Below, piece after piece: positions 22,930-30,174 of a DNA stretch of 30,174 bases. The notes under the pieces are model-generated. The model did no database searches. It had not been told where the DNA came from and worked only from the letters and a program-made list of their open reading frames with translations. The first letter of the stretch is position 1. Every line of letters starts with the position of its first letter. A program made the translations under genes and the position numbers. Source of the stretch: Octopus sinensis (Eukaryota); assembly GCF_006345805.1 (NCBI RefSeq), contig NW_021833146.1, forward strand, positions 1 to 30,174, given 5' to 3'.

Positions 22930-23036
22930 AATCAAAATAAGCAACAGGATATCCAGAGGTGATGCAGTACGACTGTTTCAAGGGGCTCCATTTAATTGAA
23001 CAATGCAATCTGGATATCCTGTGGCTTATTTTGATT
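22930..23036. repeat. Short hairpin element: 28-bp inverted repeats, 51-nt loop
   Basis: aatcaaaataagcaacaggatatccaga (22930-22957) versus tctggatatcctgtggcttattttgatt (23009-23036), one mismatch. Confidence 0.85.
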
Positions 23037-23182
23037 TTATTCACCTAATTTTGAAATTGTACGAATAACAGAGCGCTAATTTTTGGTGCTTCAACTTAAG
23101 TACCTAATTCATGTGAATCTCAGTTATATATATGTGTATATATATATATACATATATATATATATACATATATATATATATG

Positions 23183-23372
23183 ATAGATCGTTAGCTTCTA
23201 CATGCTTTTTTTTCTCTCCTTATTTTTTTCTGTGTATCTTTCTGTCGAAGAGCGTAGGCTCGAAACGTAAAAGACTTGCTCTATTTCTATTCCTGAGTGC
23301 CATACTAATACATTTGTTTGTTTGTACTCCACCTGCCTTTGTCTTTTGTTTATTTTCGTAAACTTTCCCGTT
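23183..23372 (+). mobile_element. Penelope-like element terminal (pseudo-LTR) fragment
   Basis: Contains gaagagcgtaggctcgaaacgt, a stem-loop plus GAAACG signature typical of PLE ends. It is bounded by (TA)n. Confidence 0.5.
23237..23274 (+). ncRNA. Minimal type-I hammerhead-ribozyme-like motif with a variant core
   Basis: UCUUU-CUGUCGA-A-GAGC(GUAG)GCUC-GAAAC-GUA-AAAGA: 5-bp stem I, 4-bp stem II, palindromic loopless stem III (ACGU). The core deviates from CUGANGA at A6. Confidence 0.5.
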
Positions 23373-23478
23373 ATATATATATATATACTTTATTAAAAAG
23401 TAGCTAAAATATCACAAAAACTGTTACTCAGAGTTTGTCAGACAGTGTTGTTTAGAATGGAGAAAGATAAAGTTATAT

Positions 23479-23835
23479 CTCTTTACTCTTTTACTTGTTT
23501 CAGTCATTTGACTGCGGCCATGCTGGAGCGCCGCCTTTAATCGAGCAACTCGACCCCGGGACTTATTCTTTTGTAAGCCCAGTACTTATTCTATCGGTCT
23601 CTTTTGCCGAACCGCTAAGTAACGGTGACATAAACACACCAGCATCGGTTGTCAAGCAATGCTAGGGGGACAAACACAGACACACAAACACACACACGCA
23701 TATATATACATATATACGACGGGCTTCTTTCAGTTTCCGTCTACCAAATCCACTCACAAGTCTTTGGTCGGCCCGAGGCTATAGTAGAAGACATTTGCCC
23801 AAGGTGCCACACAGTGGGACTGAACCCGGAACCAT
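23479..23835 (-). mobile_element. SINE-A, 5'-truncated
   Basis: Reverse complement of the family consensus seen at 28593-29006. Confidence 0.9.
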
Positions 23836-24268
23836 ATGCAGAAATACAATTACTTTGATAGATTCACATTTGAAAATGGTTTGTTCCATTGGTCCTTTCA
23901 ACTATCGGCCCTTTCAATAACCGGTTGCTAGAAATAACAAATTGCAGTTTGAAATCATATTATAAATTCATAAGCTTTAAGCTTAGACCACTATGTAAGG
24001 CAATTTTTGGACGTCTGTTCTGCAAGAAAAAGGCCACAAAGTCTTTGGAGTGGGGGATTCAAAAGCGGGAGGTGGGGGCCGAGCAATGTGGAGCTGGATG
24101 GAGGGCAAAAGACATGATACTACCAACACTCACCACTCTCACACCCACTACTGTTGACTAGAAGCAAAGATCTGTATTAAATTTATTGAAAACTGGTTTC
24201 GAGGCCATGATGGAAGCTGAGGGCAGCTACATAGAATAAACTGTTATCTCCTCGGCCATAATCTAGTT

Positions 24269-24616
24269 CAGTGGTTCTCAAATTGGGCGGTACCACCCCA
24301 GCCCAGGGGCAGTGGAAAGATCCGTAGATGGGGGGGGGTTGAAAAAATGGGGTGACCAAAACGGGGCAATGATTGTAAATAAATAAATAAAGTAAAATAA
24401 AGGGTTAATTACTCTCTCTTTTACTTGTTTCAGTCATTTGACTGTGGCCATGCTGGAGCACCGCCTTTAGTCGAGCAAATCGACCCCGGGACATTTTCTT
24501 TGTAAGGCCAGAACTTATTCTATCAGTCTCTTTTGATGAACCGCTAAGTGACGGGGACGTAAACACACCAGCATCGGTTGTCAAGCAATGCTAGGGAGAT
24601 AAACACAGACACACAA

Positions 24617-24647
<31 letters not shown>

Positions 24648-24970
24648 CATATATATACGACAGGCTTCTTTCAGTTTCCGTCTACCAAATCCACTCACAA
24701 GGCATTGGTTGGCCCGGGGCTATAGCAGAAGACACTTGCCCAAGATGCCACGCAGTGGGACTGAACCCAGAACCGTGTGGTTGGTTAGCAAGCTACTTAC
24801 CACACAGCCACTCCTGCGCCTATTACTTTAAGAATTACTTGTAAAATACTGTTGTTTTGAATTTGCTGCAGAAAAATGGTCCACGTCTGTGATGGTGAGT
24901 GGGGAGGGGATTTAAAATGTGGCCTGAGAACCTAGCGGGGCAGCAGCCTGAAAATGTTTGGGAACTACTA
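24269..24970. mobile_element. hAT-like MITE containing a nested SINE-A
   Basis: Left end cagtggttctcaaa; right end revcomp tagtagttcccaaa. 8-bp TSD atctagtt/atttagtt (one mismatch). A related diverged fragment lies at ~25980-26170. Confidence 0.7.
24411..24822 (-). mobile_element. SINE-A, full length, nested in the MITE
   Basis: Colinear with the family from tail (ctctcttttacttg) to head (ctcctgcgcc). Confidence 0.9.
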
Positions 24971-25099
24971 ATTTAGTTGATATTTTTTTGTTTTCTTTTC
25001 AATACGTTTATTTTTGGATGGGATATTGCGATTTGTTGTGTCTTGGGAGGGTCATTGCGCCAATAATAACAAAACATGCACGGGCTCAATTCTACTTCT

Positions 25100-25333
25100 T
25101 TATCATTCTTTTACCCGTTTCAGTCATCTGACTGCAGCCATGCTGGAGCACTGCCTTAAAAGGTTTTTTTTTTAGTCGAAGAAATCAAGTCCAGGACTTA
25201 TTCTTTGTAAGCCTAGTACTTATTTTATCAGTCTCTTTTACTGAACTGTTAAGTTACAGGGATGTAAACACACCAACATTGATTGTCAGGTGATGGTAGG
25301 GGGACAAACATAGACACAAAGACACACACATGC

Positions 25334-25401
<68 letters not shown>

Positions 25402-26340
25402 GTGTGTGTGTATATTCTTTCTTTTTTTATTCTTTTATTTGTTTCAGTCATTTGACTGCGGCCATGCTGGAGGAGCACCACCTTTAGTCGAGCAAATCGA
25501 CCCCAGGGCTTATTCTTTATAAGCCTAATACTTATTCTATTGGTCTCTTTTGCCGAACTGCTAAGTTATGGGGATGTGAACACACCAGCATCGGTTGTGG
25601 GGTGTGGTTTGAGGACAAGCTGGATGTTATTTCTAGCAGGCCTGGATACCATGTAGACATGTCCCTTGGCTCATATATACATACGTAACAGAGGAGGATG
25701 TCATCTGAAGGGGTCACTGTTATATATATATCAGATCTCAGTACTACTTAGAGGTCTCCCTCATTGACTCATACATACAACGCATACGCAAGACAGTTGA
25801 TCTGCGGGGAATTTGGCTGCTATGTCTAACAGACCTGGCTACCATGTAGAGAAAACAGCAGAGATGAAGGGGACTTAGAGGAGAAAGAGAAAGAGTAGAA
25901 GTGTAGGCAAAGCTGAGGTGGAATAAGTGAATGAAAGGAGTGGGGAAAACAGGTGGGGTCAATGCTTTGTTTAAATCAAGGGTTTCCCCGAATGGGCAGT
26001 GCTACCCTCTTGTGGGGGCGGTGGAAAGAACCTGTGGGGGTTGAAGAAAAGTGGGATGATAATGAGGGGGCCAAAATGGGGTGATGGATGGAAAAAAAAA
26101 AATATTACTGTTTTGAATTTGTTACTGAAAGTGGGTTATATTTGTGGTGGGAAGGGCAAAGGGCCACTAGAAATACGGCCTTGTTTCAGTCATTTGACTG
26201 CGGCCATGCTGGAGCACCGCCTTTAGTCGAGCAAATCGACCCCAATACTTATTCTTTTGTAAGCCCAATATTTATTCTATCGGCCTCGTTTGCCGAACCG
26301 CTAGGTAACGGGGACATAAACACACCAGCATCGGTTGTCA
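25100..26340 (-). mobile_element. Three SINE-A 3' fragments (~25100-25330, 25425-25597, 26180-26340)
   Basis: Each contains tttcagtcat(t/c)tgactgc..ccatgctggag. Confidence 0.8.
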
Positions 26341-26553
26341 AGGGAACTGCTGGATTAAATGAAACGAAAGAATTTGATGGCAGCGGGGGCGGGGGGGGGG
26401 GGAACAGGGTGAAGTGGACGGAGGGAGGGAAAGGTGGCAGGGGGATGTGACAGGGGAAGAAGGGATGGTAAGAATTGAGGGTGAGGGCAAGGGCAGCAGG
26501 GGTGGGGGAATGGCTGGGCGGGGAGGACCAAGGGACAGAATCGGCGTCCGGAA

Positions 26554-27056
26554 TCAGCTGGAAGTCCTCGAGTTTGACGTGCGCGACGTGCCGCTGCTGC
26601 TCAGCGTGCCACTGCCACCACCGCCGCTGCCGCCACCGTCGCCACCACCACCACCACCACCACCACCAGTACCGCTGCCTCTGTTGCTGCTGCCGCTGCT
26701 ACTGCTACTCCTGCTACAACAACTACTACTACTACTACTATGATGACTGCTGTTGTTGTTGCTGCTGCTAGCGCCGCCGCTGTTGTTGCTCCGGCAACTG
26801 CTCCTGCTGCTGCTGCCACTGCTGCTACTACTGCTGCTGCCACCGCCACCGCCGCCGCCACCTTGACCACCACCACCACCACTGACCCCTAAGTCGTGCT
26901 GCATGAGCAGGTTGGACAGCTGGCTGGCTGCCTTGTCCACCGATTCCGTGCACAGGGACAGCCTCTCGCGGAGACGGGCGTTGTTCATGTCGTAGGCGGC
27001 GTCCTTGATGGTTTTGCACACCTGGATGCAGGACGACACAATACTGAGACAGGCAC
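26554..27056 (-). CDS. TLNRD1: Terminal coding exon of a talin rod domain-containing protein 1 (MESDC1)-like gene; C-terminal helices plus a Gly/Ser tail
   Basis: Polypyrimidine tract and acceptor tttttttttcttgttccag|gt at 27057/27056 (phase 1). GACLSIVSSCIQVCKTIKDAAYDMNNARLRERLSLCTESVDKAASQLSNLL aligns with the human TLNRD1 C-terminus as recalled ([21 protein letters not shown]...[23 protein letters not shown]). GC/CpG-rich codons and TGA at 26554-26556. Homology is from memory, not from a search. Confidence 0.75.
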
Positions 27057-27114
27057 CTGGAACAAGAAAAAAAAAAAGGATAATATATATATATATAAAT
27101 ATATAAATATATAT

Positions 27115-27174
27115 ACACAGATAGATAGAAAGACAGGTGGGTGGATAGATGGATAGACAGATAGACAGACAGAT

Positions 27175-27251
<77 letters not shown>

Positions 27252-27341
27252 ATAGATGATAGATAGATAAATAGATAGATGGATAGATAGATAGATAGAT
27301 TAGATAGATATATATATAAATAGATAGATGGATAGATAGAT

Positions 27342-27391
<50 letters not shown>

Positions 27392-27477
27392 TAATAGATT
27401 GATGGATAGATAGATAGATAGATAAATAGATATATTAGATAGATGATAGATAGATAGATGATTAGATAGATAGATAA

Positions 27478-27524
<47 letters not shown>

Positions 27525-27990
27525 TACAGATGGATGGATGGATGGATAGACACATAGACAGACAGATATATAGATAGACAGACAGACAGACAGATAGATA
27601 GAAAGACAGACAGATAGATAGATGGATGGATAGACAGACAGACAGACAAATAGATAGATAGACAGACAGACAGACAGATGGATGGATAGATAGACAGATA
27701 GATAGATAGATGGATGGATAGATATATAGATATATAGATAGATAGATAGATAGATAGATAGACAGACCGACAGAGAGACAAATAGATAGACAGACAGATA
27801 GATAGATAGATGGATAGATAAGCAGTTAGATAGATAGACAGATAGATGGATAGATAGATAGCTAGATAGAGAGAGAGAGAGAGATAGACAGATAGATAGA
27901 TAGATAGACAGACAGACGGGCCAACATACTGATAGACAGACAGATAGACAGACAAACAGACAGACAGATAGACAGACAGACAGACAAATA
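27115..27990. repeat. (GATA/GACA/GATG)n tetranucleotide tract (intronic)
   Basis: Direct inspection. Confidence 0.95.
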
Positions 27991-28537
27991 GCTAGATAGA
28001 CATGCAATAAGGTAAACCAGACTGTGCATGTGCGTGCATGTGTGTGCAATGCAGAGATGTCGGGGAGTGGGGGGAGGGTGAAGGCAATCACTGATGAGAA
28101 GCTGACATGCCAGTTTAATCCTTAACGACATGGTTAATTAATTTTTTTTCTTTTTGCCCCGCCCTGATCTAGTTGACCTCCCTGACCGCTTAATTAATTA
28201 GTTTTTTTTTTTTTTAAGAAGTCGGTAAATCTAGTTTTGTTGTTTTTTTTTAATTTCTGAATCTTAGTGTAAAAAAAAAAATAAAAGAAGAAAATAAAAA
28301 AAACAAAGAAAAGAAAGGAAAAATTAAAAAGCAAAAAAAAAAAAATAAATAATAATACATTCTCCTAAATCTGCTCTGAATTAATTAATTAATCAACAAC
28401 ATAGTCACTGTTGCCATCATCGACCTCATCGCATTCAATTGTCGTTGTTGTTATCATCATTGCCATCATTGCTGTCAGCATCAATCATCGTCACTCTCAT
28501 CGTGAATATTGTCATCACCACCACCACCAACACCACC

Positions 28538-28569
<32 letters not shown>

Positions 28570-28592
28570 GTATATATAAATGTATATATATA

Positions 28593-29006
28593 GGCGCAGG
28601 AGTAGCTGTGTGGTAAGTCGCTTGCTAACCAACCACATGGTTCCGGGTTCAGTCCCACTGCGTGGCATCTTGGGCAAGTGTCTTCTGCTATAGCCCCGGG
28701 CTGACCAATGCCTTGTGAGTGGATTTGGTAGACGGAAACTGAAAGAAGCCTGTCGTATATATGTATATATATATATATGTATGTGTGTGTATATGTTTGT
28801 GTGTCTGTGTTTGTCCCCCTAGCATTGCTTGACAACCGATGCTGGTGTGTTTACGTCCCCGTCACTTAGCGGTTCGGCAAAGAGACCGATAGAATAAGTA
28901 CTGGGCTTACAAGAATAAGTCCCGGGTCGATTTGCTCGACTAAAGGCGGTGCTCCAGCATGGCCGCAGTCAATGACTGAAACAAGTAAAAGAGTAAAAGA
29001 AAAGAG
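28593..29006 (+). mobile_element. SINE-A, full-length reference copy
   Basis: tRNA-like head, internal TA/TG microsatellite, 3' end ggcggtgctccagcatggccgcagtc...gaaacaagtaaaagag. Confidence 0.9.
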
Positions 29007-29027
29007 TATATATATATATATATATAT

Positions 29028-29481
29028 CAGTGCTTTTCAAACTTTTTGCTGGAGCGGAACCCCAAGGAAACATTCCACTGGCTCGAGGAACCCCTGTGCA
29101 ATAATTTAATAGTCTTGTGCACACACATCTGCACAGGAGAATTAAAAATTACTGCCGATTTTAGCAGTTTTGTAACTTCTTGCGGAACCCCTGGACTGTA
29201 CTGGCAGAACCCTGCTTGAAAACCACTGAGTTAGACACAGTCAGTTAGACACTAGTTAGACCAGTGCTTTTCAATCTTTTTGCTGGAGTGGAACCCCAAG
29301 GAAACATTCCACTGGCTCGAGGAACCCCTGTGCAATAATTTAATAGTCTTATGCACACATATCTGCACAGGAAATTTTTAAAATTACTGCCGATTTTAGC
29401 AGTTTTGTAACTTCTTGCGAAACCCCTGGACTGTACTGGCAGAACCCTAAGGTTCCGAGGAACCCTGGTTGAAAACCACTG
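29028..29481. mobile_element. Two direct copies of a hAT-like MITE (29028-29228, 29262-29481) with a 33-bp spacer
   Basis: TIRs cagtgcttttcaa / ttgaaaaccactg on each copy, with near-identical internal sequence. Copy 1 lacks ~18 bp between aaccct repeats. Confidence 0.85.
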
Positions 29482-29506
29482 ATATATATGTATGTATGTA
29501 TATATG

Positions 29507-29833
29507 TGGCACGGTGGCATGTAAAAAGCACCATCCGTTTGTGTCCATTGCCAGCCTCGCCTGGCCCCGTGCCAGTGGCACATAAAAAGCACCATCCGTT
29601 CGTGACCGTTTGCCAGCTCTGTCTGGCACCTGTGCGGTGGGGTGCACGTAAAAAGCACCCACTACCACCTCACGGAGTGGTTGGCGTTAGGAAGGGCATC
29701 CAGCTGTAGAAACTCTGCCAGATCTGACTGGGCCTGATGAAGCCTTCTGGCTTCACAGACCCCAGTTGAACCGTCCAACCCATGCTAGCATGGAAAACGG
29801 ACGCTAAACGATGATGATGATGATGATGATGAT
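29507..29833 (+). mobile_element. Element B, 5'-truncated
   Basis: Near-identical to 22250-22510, with an (ATG)n tail. Confidence 0.85.
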
Positions 29834-29852
29834 ATGTATGTATGTATATATC

Positions 29853-30020
29853 CAGGGTTATTCAAAAAGAATGAACTGATTTCATTATGCAATATTTTCA
29901 TAAGGAAAAGCAATAGAAGACTCCAGCAAAGTCACAAGTATTTACTCACAACTAACTTTTATTTCCTGCCTTACTAGTGTTCAATGTGGCCACCACCTGA
30001 AGCACTTGTATAAGGAACAC
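29853..30020. mobile_element. Possible Tc1/mariner-derived terminal fragment
   Basis: Begins cagggttattcaaaaagaatg after a TA-rich tract, resembling mariner-type TIRs. No partner TIR is seen in the window. Confidence 0.35.
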
Positions 30021-30174
30021 TTTTTTGTCAAAAATTAGGTTAAAAAAATATGGGAGTTTCTTAACTATGGATAGTATCATAAACCCTTCCAGAAACCTTT
30101 TTTCCAAATTTTAAACCCCCCAAATTAGGGGTTTCCTTATACATGTTAATACAGTATGTATATATATATATATA

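Noticed and set aside
1744-28835. Numerous YI/HT/CV/LSIY-repeat and SINE-derived short ORFs in the track
   Set aside because: They are translations of (TA)n, (CA)n, (GATA)n and SINE consensus sequence.
27057-30174. Upstream exons of the TLNRD1-like gene
   Set aside because: No talin-rod-like peptide with splice signals was found. The interval is microsatellite, SINE and MITE, so the exons presumably lie beyond the window.

Overview
Eukaryotic, extremely repeat-rich DNA. The SINE, MITE and microsatellite families look like those of an octopod cephalopod (Octopus-like); this is recognised from memory, not searched. Only one protein-coding exon is supportable: a minus-strand terminal exon (26554-27056) resembling the C-terminal helices of TLNRD1/MESDC1, followed by a 111-aa Gly/Ser tail. 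Its upstream exons are not visible in the window. The rest comprises several tRNA-derived SINE families, 3' fragments of RTE-, CR1- and Penelope-like retroelements, MITEs (hAT-, piggyBac- and Merlin/MULE-like), two satellites (~187 bp and 163 bp) and long microsatellites. Almost all ORFs in the supplied track are microsatellite or repeat artefacts. The best second-look items are: a heat-shock-element array with a TATA box (20209-20312); a minimal hammerhead-ribozyme-like motif (23237-23274); an old head-to-tail array of an RTE ORF C-terminus (1-650); a multi-template insertion inside a SINE (12616-13233); a composite hAT MITE pair with a footprint-like spacer (29028-29481); and a nested fold-back (17950-18640). 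No new biological system is established by the sequence alone. Family labels SINE-A, SINE-C, SINE-M, element B and element D are my working names.
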